Positions 9,481-18,382 of a stretch of DNA of 23,921 nt are shown here, piece by piece. Made by a program: the position numbers and the translations under genes. Position 1 is the first letter of the stretch. Each line of letters begins with the position of its first letter. The notes beneath the pieces are model-generated. The model saw nothing but the letters and a program-made list of their open reading frames with translations. It had not been told where the DNA came from and searched no databases. The DNA lies in the IMG/VR virus record IMGVR_UViG_3300035656_000018; one strand, given 5' to 3'. Origin of the DNA: an uncultured virus (IMG/VR IMGVR_UViG_3300035656_000018). Lineage: Duplodnaviria; Heunggongvirae; Uroviricota; Caudoviricetes.

Positions 9481-9690
9481 ATGGTAACCAAAGAGGAGAT
9501 AAGAAAGAATATACAAATCATTGCACTTAATAATCTGATAGAAGATTATACTTCATTTCTAGAAGTATGCAAAAATCCCTTAGAAAGGGAATTAACAGAA
9601 AACATAATATCAGAAGCTAAGGAAATGATTTTAGAATATCAATCCCAAATAAAAAGGCCACAATGGAAAAAAGATCCTTCTCATCCTTAA
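9481..9690 (+). CDS. hypothetical protein
   Basis: 69-aa helical ORF. Confidence 0.6.
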   Translation: MVTKEEIRKNIQIIALNNLIEDYTSFLEVCKNPLERELTENIISEAKEMILEYQSQIKRPQWKKDPSHP

Positions 9691-10037
9691 TTTCACAGAT
9701 TGCCGAAATATACAAGGATATCAAATACTATAAATACCAAGCCCATATATCCTTGCAGCAAAGTAAGATGGGTGAATATAGGAAACACCAAGCCCATATT
9801 ATGTATCAGAAAAGAAAACTTTATTCTTTATCACAAAGAGTAAAAGATATTCTTAACAATCCAGTTCTAGAAGTGAAATATATATGGGGAAATGAAACTA
9901 AAACCAGTATTTTCTCAGGATTAACTCAAAGAGAGATATCTGATTATCTTCATACTTGTGCAATGGTAAAAGGGATTGAATTAAAAATCCTAGAAATCAA
10001 GGAAATCCCTACCTTTAATTCGGATTCATTTCTATAG
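9663..10037 (+). CDS. hypothetical protein
   Basis: 124-aa ORF. Confidence 0.65.
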   Translation: MEKRSFSSLISQIAEIYKDIKYYKYQAHISLQQSKMGEYRKHQAHIMYQKRKLYSLSQRVKDILNNPVLEVKYIWGNETKTSIFSGLTQREISDYLHTCAMVKGIELKILEIKEIPTFNSDSFL

Positions 10038-10067
10038 GTAAATATAAACTCATAAATTAATAAAGAT

Positions 10068-10625
10068 ATGACAAAGAAAGTAAAACCTGCTAAAAAAGCA
10101 AAGAAACCGGCTGATAAGACTCCGGAAATCACAAAAGCTGCAAAGGCTTTGGAAAACTACCTGAAAGAAAATAACCTGGATCCTGCAAAGGATTGGTCAA
10201 AGGACAAAACTCATGGTAAGGCAGTAAAAGAACTTATGGCAAAACTTAACAAGGAAAGAGATAAAGTTGCTGCCCAATATCCTGAGAAAGACACTGCTAA
10301 TCAGAAGAAGCTGGTAAAAATGAAAAAGGCTTCTGAAGATGAAAAGAAAGCTAAGAAGGAAGCTAAAGCAAAAGAGAAAAAGGAAAAAGCTAGTTCAGGT
10401 AGAACAGCAACTAAATACGATTATCCTTTGGTAGACGGAAGAGAAATGACTTCCGAAGAAAAGAAGAAATATCGTATGGCTCAGAGAAAATTGGCTGCAG
10501 GTAAGACTCCAAAAGAATCTAAGCCGAAGGAAGAACCTAAGAAGGAATCCAAAAAGGATAAGCCTTCTAAGAAAGATAAAAAGGCCAAAGATTCTAAGAA
10601 GAAAAAGGCCAAAGACGAGGATTAA
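10068..10625 (+). CDS. Lys/Ala-rich basic protein (histone H1-like composition)
   Basis: KKVKPAKKAKKPA and KKDKKAKDSKKKKAK tracts; KYDYP...KKKYR motif. Confidence 0.8.
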   Translation: MTKKVKPAKKAKKPADKTPEITKAAKALENYLKENNLDPAKDWSKDKTHGKAVKELMAKLNKERDKVAAQYPEKDTANQKKLVKMKKASEDEKKAKKEAKAKEKKEKASSGRTATKYDYPLVDGREMTSEEKKKYRMAQRKLAAGKTPKESKPKEEPKKESKKDKPSKKDKKAKDSKKKKAKDED

Positions 10626-10666
10626 TTTCCATTCTTATATTTGTTTTGTTAGTTATTAGTAGTTTT

Positions 10667-10700
10667 GGGCCTGGCAATAATCTTTGTCCAGGCCCTTTTT
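10667..10700 (+). terminator. intrinsic terminator
   Basis: GGGCCTGG (10667-10674) / CCAGGCCC (10688-10695) followed by TTTTT. Confidence 0.8.
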
Positions 10701-10712
10701 ATCTCTAAAGTT

Positions 10713-11558
10713 ATGAAAGAAGAAAAAGAAATATTCAAACCCAAACTGCGTATCACTACACTTTCAGAAAATGGTAATCCTTTATCTGATAGATTAGTAG
10801 ATGCTTGCACTGAGATGTATGCCGGTCCAAAGGTACAACATAAAGGTCCCATAAGAATAGAAGTAACCCTTGTTAATCAACAAGATATTTCTCAATTCAA
10901 AGAATACTTGGATAAATTATCTGGTAACTTACCAATCAAAGAATCTGCAGGTAGAGGAAGACCCTCTAATACTCAATCTAAAGAATTGGAATCCCCAAGA
11001 GAAGATATCCTTGCTGATGTAGAAAAGATGGTAAATGAAGGCAAAAGCCAACAGGATATTATTAAGTATCTTAGAGATCTTGGATTTGTATTCATCCTTA
11101 CAGAGGATTTCCTTTATCATTTCCCGGAATTTAAATTCGATAAGAAAGATGTGGGAGAACCCACCAACAATGGCCAATATCTCGATTCTTATTCATGGAT
11201 GGCAAGATGTATAAAGAGAGCAAAAGATCCTAAGACAGATAAATTTGACCCTATGATTCTATTTGGGTTCAGTATTCTGCAAGGTCCCTCAAAGAAGATC
11301 GTTCCCTATCTGTATAAGGAAAGGAAGAAACCCTTTAGGGCTCAGACTGGTAAAACTACTATCTCATTCTCTCAGGCAGAATTCACTAAGTTACCCAAGT
11401 ATATGTTAGAGGCAGAACGAATTAAATTCTCTACAGAACAAAGGCAATTGCTTATGACTCCGGATAAGAAACCCTCTAAGTTCTTCTTAAGATGGGCATC
11501 AGATGCCATATTCCCAGATTCAATCAAGGAAAAGATGGCTGAGATCTTGAAGAGATAA
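10713..11558 (+). CDS. hypothetical protein
   Basis: Long ORF; start moved to ATG 10713, downstream of the hairpin. Confidence 0.8.
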   Translation: MKEEKEIFKPKLRITTLSENGNPLSDRLVDACTEMYAGPKVQHKGPIRIEVTLVNQQDISQFKEYLDKLSGNLPIKESAGRGRPSNTQSKELESPREDILADVEKMVNEGKSQQDIIKYLRDLGFVFILTEDFLYHFPEFKFDKKDVGEPTNNGQYLDSYSWMARCIKRAKDPKTDKFDPMILFGFSILQGPSKKIVPYLYKERKKPFRAQTGKTTISFSQAEFTKLPKYMLEAERIKFSTEQRQLLMTPDKKPSKFFLRWASDAIFPDSIKEKMAEILKR

Positions 11559-11569
11559 TCCACTACCTA

Positions 11570-11612
11570 CCTCAGCAATATTTGCATATTATATATAAAT
11601 TTTATATATTTG
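11570..11612 (+). promoter_or_regulatory. Bacteroidota-type promoter with CCTCAGC box
   Basis: CCTCAGC at 11570-11576; TTTG 11581-11584, 20 nt spacer, TATATTTG 11605-11612. Confidence 0.88.
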
Positions 11613-11637
11613 TATAACGAAATAAATAATAAGAAAA

Positions 11638-12000
11638 ATGGATGCAGAAACCAAAACGGTTATTAAGAACATTGCCCAAATCCAAGTTGAGGCACTAACT
11701 CATATCTCTAAAAATTTAGAGGATACCGATCATTACCTTCTTAAAAAACTTCTTCAGATTGAAGAAGGAGAAATAAGAGGAGTATTAGATAATATGATAA
11801 AACTCTATTCAGATATGATAGAATATCCTCAACTTATAAAAACTCTTACAGAGTATCAATTATACGTCTGCTCTCATATCCTATGGAAAATGGAGGAAGA
11901 ATGGATAACAGATAATTCTCAAGGAGTTTTGGGAGCATGGGCAATCATTCAAAAATATACCAACGTATTACATCCGGAGTTAACACTTTTAAAACTTTAA
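11638..12000 (+). CDS. hypothetical protein
   Basis: 120-aa ORF directly after a promoter. Confidence 0.75.
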   Translation: MDAETKTVIKNIAQIQVEALTHISKNLEDTDHYLLKKLLQIEEGEIRGVLDNMIKLYSDMIEYPQLIKTLTEYQLYVCSHILWKMEEEWITDNSQGVLGAWAIIQKYTNVLHPELTLLKL

Positions 12001-12003
12001 ATT

Positions 12004-12270
12004 ATGGACAGAGAAGAATATCTTGAATCAGTTACCATGAATACTGGTATTAAAATGAATCCAGTAGAATCTTCTAATATAGAAGGTATTGGGTATGACA
12101 ACAAAAACAAACACTTATGGGTTGCTTTTAAGGGCAACAAAGTTTACCAGTATGATTTAGTTCCCAGAAAAACTTTCGAAGAACTAATGAATGCCGAATC
12201 TAAAGGGAAATATCTTAATTCTCATATCAAAGGACAATATGAAGCTACAGGATATGAACTCAAAAACTAA
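12004..12270 (+). CDS. KTSC domain protein
   Basis: VESSNIEGIGYD...LWVAFKGNKVYQY..VP...FEELMNAESKGKYLNSHIK matches KTSC. Confidence 0.92.
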   Translation: MDREEYLESVTMNTGIKMNPVESSNIEGIGYDNKNKHLWVAFKGNKVYQYDLVPRKTFEELMNAESKGKYLNSHIKGQYEATGYELKN

Positions 12271-12853
12271 ACATATTATTTTTCCGTTTTCCATTCTGGG
12301 AGTTACTCTTTTGGGATTCACTATTGCCAACACCAATAGTACCCGGAGGGTAACTCCTCCTTATGTAAAGGAGAGTAGAGAAGATTCTATTAGAAATGTA
12401 AAACGGTATGAGGAAAGCAAAAGAAGAGATTCTATATTCTTTGCTAAAGTAGATTCTATAAAGAAACTAAAGGATTCTCTTAGTAATCGGAGATTATACC
12501 AATATGCTTTCCTAGTAAGAGTTACTCCAGATAATATAATATTTACCGCAAGGAAATCTGGTTATCAACAAGTAACTTTAGATGCTCATTATACTAAACC
12601 CAGAGTATATTACCAAGTATTCACTTCCGATAAACCTTTATCACCGGAGGAAGCTTCTGCTTATGCTGAAAAATATGAATATGATCCCAGTAAGGTAACT
12701 ATATTAACCGTAGAACAGTATAATCAGAGATATGGTAAATCTTCATCTATTTCAGAATATGATATCTTTACTGAAGGTCTAGATTCCTACTATGATGATC
12801 CTGAAAACCTAGATGAGAACCCAGATGAAATCTTTGATTTCCTACTCGACTAG
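12254..12853 (+). CDS. membrane-anchored or secreted hypothetical protein
   Basis: Start at ATG 12254 gives an N-terminal hydrophobic helix IIFPFSILGVTLLGFTIA, followed by repeated DSI/DSL. Confidence 0.7.
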   Translation: MNSKTKHIIFPFSILGVTLLGFTIANTNSTRRVTPPYVKESREDSIRNVKRYEESKRRDSIFFAKVDSIKKLKDSLSNRRLYQYAFLVRVTPDNIIFTARKSGYQQVTLDAHYTKPRVYYQVFTSDKPLSPEEASAYAEKYEYDPSKVTILTVEQYNQRYGKSSSISEYDIFTEGLDSYYDDPENLDENPDEIFDFLLD

Positions 12854-12857
12854 AGAT

Positions 12858-12920
12858 CCTCAGCTATTGATAAAATAAAGTAGAATTATTTTTCTATTTA
12901 AAAAATAGTTCTTATATTTG
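12858..12920 (+). promoter_or_regulatory. Bacteroidota-type promoter with CCTCAGC box
   Basis: CCTCAGC at 12858-12864; TATATTTG at 12913-12920; the -33 position reads TTTT. Confidence 0.8.
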
Positions 12921-12962
12921 CATAGAGAAATTAATTAAGTAACATTTTTAAATTAGTCAATT

Positions 12963-13412
12963 ATGAAAAAAGTAAATTTGAACAAGGTAACCGAGTTAAT
13001 TAACAACCAAGTATCTAACTCATTGAAGGAAGTTAAGGCTTCTAAAACACAAAAGCCAAAAGAAACTAAAGAATCTAAGGCTAAGGAAGAACCCAAAGCA
13101 AAATTGGTAAAAACTACTACCAAGAAAGCTTCTACTAAAAAGGAAGAAGTTGTCAAGGAAGTTGCCAAACAACAGAAACCCAATATCATCGAACAAGTAA
13201 TCTCCAATCGGGAAGTGAAATACATTTACCCAGATGATGTTACTGATACTCTTTCAAGAAAGAAATGGAGACAACAAACCCGTAATGAACTTCGTAAATT
13301 AGAAAGGGAAATGCTCCGAATCCAAGATCATAACTCTAAAGAATACAAGTCTGCCCAAAATAAATATATTACCTTCCAGAAAAAAGTATTGAAGGTAGAT
13401 GAAGCAGTATAA
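12963..13412 (+). CDS. Lys-rich basic protein
   Basis: Lys-rich linker and KYIYP...RKKWR motif. Confidence 0.8.
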   Translation: MKKVNLNKVTELINNQVSNSLKEVKASKTQKPKETKESKAKEEPKAKLVKTTTKKASTKKEEVVKEVAKQQKPNIIEQVISNREVKYIYPDDVTDTLSRKKWRQQTRNELRKLEREMLRIQDHNSKEYKSAQNKYITFQKKVLKVDEAV

Positions 13413-13430
13413 TTAATCCTTTGTTAACCC

Positions 13431-13483
13431 GGGACTGGGAATCATTTGAGGGCAATCAATATTCCCAGTCCCATATTTATTTT
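13431..13483 (+). terminator. strong hairpin, probable terminator or attenuator
   Basis: GGGACTGGGAAT (13431-13442) / ATTCCCAGTCCC (13461-13472) followed by ATATTTATTTT. Confidence 0.7.
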
Positions 13484-13487
13484 GGTT

Positions 13488-13838
13488 ATGGACTATCGAA
13501 TATTCTCCGATAAGGAGATGGAAAAACAGGAAAAGGACATGGTAGAACTTCACAAGAGATGTGTAAAGAATTACCTTGTTCAAAGATCTCTCAAACACGG
13601 AAAGATTAAAAAATTCTTTATCGTATATGATTATTATCTAGGCACTGAGAATATAAGAAATTACTTTTTCAGGCCTATAGATATGTTCGTAAGGTTTTTA
13701 TTGTTGGGTAAACTTGAAGAAATAGAAGACTATGTCAAAGCTGATTCTAGAAAGAAGAAAAGAAAACATAAGAGAAATAAAAGTATGGTATCTTCAGAGT
13801 CAAAAACTATACGAAGAAAAAATGGTAGAGATAAATAA
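13488..13838 (+). CDS. hypothetical protein
   Basis: Start moved to ATG 13488, after the hairpin. Confidence 0.65.
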   Translation: MDYRIFSDKEMEKQEKDMVELHKRCVKNYLVQRSLKHGKIKKFFIVYDYYLGTENIRNYFFRPIDMFVRFLLLGKLEEIEDYVKADSRKKKRKHKRNKSMVSSESKTIRRKNGRDK

Positions 13839-14055
13839 GACCAGCAAGGTATTATTTTCTGGGCCAGTATCTTCTATGGTTGCTTGTTGGAGAAATGCTT
13901 TACTCTTGGTAAGAAGATCTTATAGGATATCGAAAGAATCTAGAATTTCTTTAAGAAACCTTCAACATAGTACTAGGGATATTAATGCAGTAAATGACTT
14001 AGAATTAGGTCAAGGTGTTAAATTTATAATCATTGAATTATGTTTCGAGAAATAG
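13732..14055 (+). CDS. hypothetical protein
   Basis: 107-aa ORF overlapping the tail of the upstream ORF. Confidence 0.55.
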   Translation: MSKLILERRKENIREIKVWYLQSQKLYEEKMVEINKTSKVLFSGPVSSMVACWRNALLLVRRSYRISKESRISLRNLQHSTRDINAVNDLELGQGVKFIIIELCFEK

Positions 14056-14393
14056 TAAAAGATGTATATATCGGTAAATCACAACTGGGGATCTGGGTAA
14101 ATGGGAAAAGGGTCCCCAAAGAAACTCTGGTAAAGGATATTGCCTTACCAACCCTACTGGGAAATAAATTGCCAGATTATGGTACCATAGGAAATTTTAC
14201 CCAGTGGGAATTCGAAGTTAACCCAGGAGGCAATCACAAATTATTTATCACAGGTATACCCAAAAAAACTTATGACTTGGATTTATACCGATTAAAAGGG
14301 AGATTATGGTCATCCTATTACGAGGATGATAAAAGGGGATACTTATTTCAGGTATTACCTTATGATGTTAAACACCTAGAAACAGAGATATAA
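14040..14393 (+). CDS. hypothetical protein
   Basis: 117-aa ORF. Confidence 0.7.
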   Translation: MFREIVKDVYIGKSQLGIWVNGKRVPKETLVKDIALPTLLGNKLPDYGTIGNFTQWEFEVNPGGNHKLFITGIPKKTYDLDLYRLKGRLWSSYYEDDKRGYLFQVLPYDVKHLETEI

Positions 14394-14397
14394 TATA

Positions 14398-14793
14398 ATG
14401 GAAACAAAAGATTACGTAAAGATATTTAGACTAGATCAAGAGAACTTCCAATTTAATAGAGGGGAGTTTATGAATAAAATGGGAGAAGATTTACTAGAAG
14501 TATGCCAAAGGCAACAAAAGATAAACCCAGTAACTGGTCACATATATTATTCAGATTTTAAAAAGGTAGTAAAATACTTCGAGGATAAATTTAATGAAAT
14601 CAGTCGGCAAAGTATAAGACCTTTATCCCAGAATTTATGGAAGGCATTCTTTGCAACTCAGGTAGTGCCCCTAAGAAAACTCTGGTACCCAAAAACACAA
14701 AAAAGGATAGAGGAAATGAAAAATAACTCTAGTGAACAAGACAAAAAATCCTCGAGAGGTAAAAAAGGCAATTATGGCAAAGGAAATCGTTGA
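14398..14793 (+). CDS. hypothetical protein
   Basis: 131-aa ORF. Confidence 0.7.
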   Translation: METKDYVKIFRLDQENFQFNRGEFMNKMGEDLLEVCQRQQKINPVTGHIYYSDFKKVVKYFEDKFNEISRQSIRPLSQNLWKAFFATQVVPLRKLWYPKTQKRIEEMKNNSSEQDKKSSRGKKGNYGKGNR

Positions 14794-15079
14794 CCTTCAT
14801 GGCAATATTTTTAAGGTAATTAAAGGTTGGGAATTTTATAACAAGGTTCCCAACCTTGAAGGAAATTATACCTGGATATTTACTAGGGATAGGATTACCG
14901 ATACTCAATTCATTTTGGCTTTAAATGAAGAACTCAATATAGCAGTTGGTTATTGGTATTCTAATATTTATCAACTATACGTAGCTCGTCCTCTTAAAAG
15001 GATTGGATACGATGAATCTAAGGATATAAGAAAAGAATATTTGTATAATGGCAAAAGACAACATAAAAAGATTTCCTAG
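14774..15079 (+). CDS. hypothetical protein
   Basis: Start moved to ATG 14774. Confidence 0.65.
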   Translation: MAKEIVDLHGNIFKVIKGWEFYNKVPNLEGNYTWIFTRDRITDTQFILALNEELNIAVGYWYSNIYQLYVARPLKRIGYDESKDIRKEYLYNGKRQHKKIS

Positions 15080-15956
15080 ACCTATGGGAACTACTGCAAT
15101 GGCAGCAGAATACCAAAAGAGTCAGAATCTTGAAGATTTACAAAAGGTATACAACTACATTATCAATCACTGGTTGATGGGTAATGGTATGCTATGTGGG
15201 ATTATGTATGATATTAATACCTTCTCAACAAAGACAGGTATAGATATCAATTACATACGAGTATTTATGAGAGATAGATTATTGCAATCTAAGCTCTGGG
15301 ATAAAGAAAGACAGGAAGAAATGCTACAAGCTCTATTGGGAGAACAAGTAGCATGGGCTTTAGAGGATAGAATGGAGATATCCCATCAGGTAAACATCCT
15401 AAGGGAATCTCAGGGAGGGCATTACACTCCATTCATATCGGCTGAATTGAATAAAGCTCTTAAGATGAAACTGGATTCTTCTACTTCATTACAGTCTATC
15501 ATACGTACATTTATGGGTGGAGGAACTACCAATATCTTTAATCAATTTGGAGATACCCAGAATAATCAATTAAATCAGAACCAAGGCATATCAATAGATG
15601 AAGCTAGAAAGATTATCCTAGAATCTCAAAAGATAATGGATAAGCCACAGGAAGCCAAATTATTGGCAGATCACTATGATTTATCTTCTTTACCCGAGGT
15701 AGTTGCTACTAAGCAAGAGGGAATTGATACTACCAAAGAGGGCCTTACTTTGAATACTGCAGAGATGAGGCAAATTACTGATGATTATAAGGGAGCTATG
15801 GAACTCTCTTCAAGAGAACACCATGAATTAAGAAGAGAGATAGAGGCTAACATAGATCCCGAGGATCCAGACCCAGAAATGGATATCTATTTAGATGAGG
15901 AGCAATATGAAGAAAAAGAGCCTACCTCAATAGCTGAACAATTCCTCAACAGGTAA
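15048..15956 (+). CDS. hypothetical protein, possibly terminase small subunit-like
   Basis: HTH-like DINTFSTKTGIDINYIR, helical middle, GGTTNIFNQ segment and acidic tail. The gene is well supported; the function is speculative. Confidence 0.4.
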   Translation: MAKDNIKRFPRPMGTTAMAAEYQKSQNLEDLQKVYNYIINHWLMGNGMLCGIMYDINTFSTKTGIDINYIRVFMRDRLLQSKLWDKERQEEMLQALLGEQVAWALEDRMEISHQVNILRESQGGHYTPFISAELNKALKMKLDSSTSLQSIIRTFMGGGTTNIFNQFGDTQNNQLNQNQGISIDEARKIILESQKIMDKPQEAKLLADHYDLSSLPEVVATKQEGIDTTKEGLTLNTAEMRQITDDYKGAMELSSREHHELRREIEANIDPEDPDPEMDIYLDEEQYEEKEPTSIAEQFLNR

Positions 15957-15997
15957 TCGAGGTTTATTGCATAATTAATTTATTATTCTTAAATTTG
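15944..15997 (+). promoter_or_regulatory. Bacteroidota-type promoter with variant CCTCAAC box
   Basis: CCTCAAC at 15944-15950; ATTG 15966-15969, 20 nt spacer, TAAATTTG 15990-15997. Confidence 0.8.
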
Positions 15998-16019
15998 CAT
16001 CAAAATAAATAATAAGATT

Positions 16020-16214
16020 ATGGATAAAACCACATTAAAACAGCTTAAACCAGGTACACTATTCAGATTAAAAGATTCTGAATCCAGTCCAGTATGGGTA
16101 AGAGATCATTATGATAGGTCTTCTAAAACTTATGCTTGCCATAAATACGAAGACTACAATCATGAAGCTTTCTTCAAAGGAACCAGAACAGTATTCATTA
16201 ATTTTACATATTAG
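16020..16214 (+). CDS. small hypothetical protein
   Basis: 64-aa beta-rich ORF directly after a promoter. Confidence 0.75.
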   Translation: MDKTTLKQLKPGTLFRLKDSESSPVWVRDHYDRSSKTYACHKYEDYNHEAFFKGTRTVFINFTY

Positions 16215-16219
16215 ACATT

Positions 16220-16901
16220 ATGAACATCAAAAACCTATTCAACAGATTTCGTAAACGGGAACCAGAGTTAAGTTATTCCCTGAATCTAATCTACCTAGAA
16301 GATACTAAGGTAGTATTCAACCAGAATATACAATGTGCTAAAGACCTAGAGAATTACCTATCGGCTTATATGAGACTATTTGGCATGTATTCAGATAAGC
16401 CTTATGTACTAATCTATCAGGAATACANNNNNNNNNNGCAGATACTGGGTATATGACAAAGAACCTTACCTATTATACTACAAGGTACCACTCATAGTTA
16501 ACCTCAGTAGAAATCTATCAGGAAAATCAGACATGGTAATAACCAAAGAAAAATACCAAGCTGCTAAGGCTTTAGTTCCAGCCCATGAAGTATCTGATAG
16601 ATTCAAGATACCAGAATATATTACTGGAGTCTTTACAGATATCTGGTATAAATGCCAAGGATATATGGATACGGACCATGTTGGTTTAGAGGAGATACTG
16701 GAATTGATGCAGCACAATTGGTTAAAGGAATTTGAATTATTAGTATTCAAAAGGAATTATGATACAGATATGTTATTCCTTAATCATTCTCTTACCTATA
16801 TCTTGGACCAGACAGAAGAAGAGGGCCGAAGAATATGTATTCAAAACATTATCGAACGTAACATAAATCAAGAAAATCAAGATGAAAACGAAACAATTTA
16901 A
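16220..16901 (+). CDS. hypothetical protein, probably a single gene split by an N gap
   Basis: The 16533-16901 frame is open back to the gap at 16428-16437 (RYWVYDKEPYLL...). A true gap length divisible by 3 would fuse it to ORF 16220. Confidence 0.65.
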
Positions 16902-17187
16902 CGTAAGCCAGTCTAGAATATATCCAGATATCAGGGATAAATATCTGGATTATATGGGAGAACAATATAATATGTTCATTTCGGATGATACTCTAAAGAA
17001 TGATCTCAGAGAAATCCTTCGAAAGGGTACTAATAAAACTATCCATTTCAATATCCTAGAAAAGAACTCAGATCTCTTGGTATTTGAAACCTCTGAATAC
17101 AGTAAGCTATTAGAGTTCACTAACCATTATCTCTGGATATTCAGGCTAGTAAACGATAAATGGAATTTAATCCGATACAGAGTATAA
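16882..17187 (+). CDS. hypothetical protein
   Basis: 101-aa ORF followed by a terminator. Confidence 0.7.
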   Translation: MKTKQFNVSQSRIYPDIRDKYLDYMGEQYNMFISDDTLKNDLREILRKGTNKTIHFNILEKNSDLLVFETSEYSKLLEFTNHYLWIFRLVNDKWNLIRYRV

Positions 17188-17191
17188 ATTC

Positions 17192-17219
17192 GAAAGGCAG
17201 ACTACTATCTGCCTTTCTT
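17192..17219 (+). terminator. intrinsic terminator
   Basis: GAAAGGCAGA-ctacta-TCTGCCTTTC followed by TT. Confidence 0.75.
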
Positions 17220-17234
17220 AGCGTTTACACATAT

Positions 17235-17287
17235 CCTCAGCTTAGTATTCCAGGGTTTGCATATATAAAATAAAGTAGTTATATTTG
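17235..17287 (+). promoter_or_regulatory. Bacteroidota-type promoter with CCTCAGC box
   Basis: CCTCAGC at 17235-17241; TTTG 17256-17259, 20 nt spacer, TATATTTG 17280-17287. Confidence 0.9.
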
Positions 17288-17329
17288 CATCAGAAAAAGA
17301 AATTAATAACTATTTAAAATTTTAGACTT

Positions 17330-17689
17330 ATGAAAAATAATGAAACCTTCCAAACCACACAACATCTAGACAAGTTAGTTACTAACCTAGGTCTTCAAAT
17401 CCAAGAATTATTTTCCTTAGACTTAGAGGAAATCCTAGATTACAGCAACAATCTAATGAATCTATTAGTTAATGCCTACGTTGAAAACCAATGCTTAGCA
17501 TTATCTGCAATGATATCTAAACAGGACGGATTTGCAATATACTCTTTCTTATTTCAAACTCCCGATACTTCTAATGGTGCTGCAGATGCTCTGGTAAACT
17601 TTGCCATGAACTTTACCGATGGAGAAGCTAATATCAAATCTATCAACAGAATATCTTCAAACATAATGCAAATCACATTTACAGTATGA
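17330..17689 (+). CDS. hypothetical protein
   Basis: 119-aa ORF directly after a promoter. Confidence 0.75.
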   Translation: MKNNETFQTTQHLDKLVTNLGLQIQELFSLDLEEILDYSNNLMNLLVNAYVENQCLALSAMISKQDGFAIYSFLFQTPDTSNGAADALVNFAMNFTDGEANIKSINRISSNIMQITFTV

Positions 17690-18000
17690 CACCCATAAGA
17701 AGACTTTTAAATATCGTACAATTTGATCTAGCCGAGAAACTAAACTTGGCTAGATTAAGATGGTACCATCTTAATCATCAGGATCAATGCCTTCAATCAG
17801 TAATTTATGGTAATCCTGATAATTGTACCTTGTTCAGACTAAGGGGAGTACTTACTAATTTGCTTAGAGCTAACTTCTTAAGTTACTACATATTAGCAGA
17901 TACTCCTGAATCTCTATCTATTTCAATACAAGGTAATGCTATCATTACATTTGTGATAACTAAAGACAATTACATAACTTTTACAATAACGAAATTATGA
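17686..18000 (+). CDS. hypothetical protein
   Basis: ATGA-coupled ORF. Confidence 0.7.
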   Translation: MTPIRRLLNIVQFDLAEKLNLARLRWYHLNHQDQCLQSVIYGNPDNCTLFRLRGVLTNLLRANFLSYYILADTPESLSISIQGNAIITFVITKDNYITFTITKL

Positions 18001-18293
18001 GCACAACTCCATACCCAGGTCCAGATGAAGTAATTATACCATCTCGTATATATTTCGATGAAGGTAAGAGAATAGATGTTAAAGTATGGCCTAAGACCCT
18101 TCAATTAACAGGTCCCACTAAGGATTTAAACAAGGTATTCAAAACCCTTGAAGAATACGATGATTGGTGGCATCAGTTTAAGAAAAAGAATCCAGATGCC
18201 TTCCGTAAAGATGCGAAATATGTAAAATCCATTAATGGCCTCTTCCTTATCCAGAAAAGGCTCTATCAGATACCCAATAGAAGCCTCAGCTAA
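17997..18293 (+). CDS. hypothetical protein
   Basis: ATGA-coupled ORF. Confidence 0.7.
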   Translation: MSTTPYPGPDEVIIPSRIYFDEGKRIDVKVWPKTLQLTGPTKDLNKVFKTLEEYDDWWHQFKKKNPDAFRKDAKYVKSINGLFLIQKRLYQIPNRSLS

Positions 18294-18337
18294 GTATTCT
18301 GGGATATTGCATATTTAAAAATAAAGTATTAAATTTG
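18284..18337 (+). promoter_or_regulatory. Bacteroidota-type promoter with CCTCAGC box
   Basis: CCTCAGC at 18284-18290; ATTG 18306-18309, 20 nt spacer, TAAATTTG 18330-18337. Confidence 0.87.
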
Positions 18338-18382
18338 CATCAGAGAAAAGAAATATATTATTCATTTAAAATTTAGGCAATC

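Noticed and set aside
10636..10643. TATATTTG as a promoter -7 element
   Set aside because: No -33 element, no CCTCAGC box, no CAT after TTTG, and a terminator follows about 25 nt later; not excluded but unsupported.
670..16750. Other short minus-strand and nested ORFs in the track
   Set aside because: All lie mostly within better-supported + strand genes and have no promoters or motifs.
16220..16901. Frameshifted pseudogene or two separate genes
   Set aside because: The break coincides with a 10-N scaffold gap (16428-16437), so it is most likely an assembly artefact.
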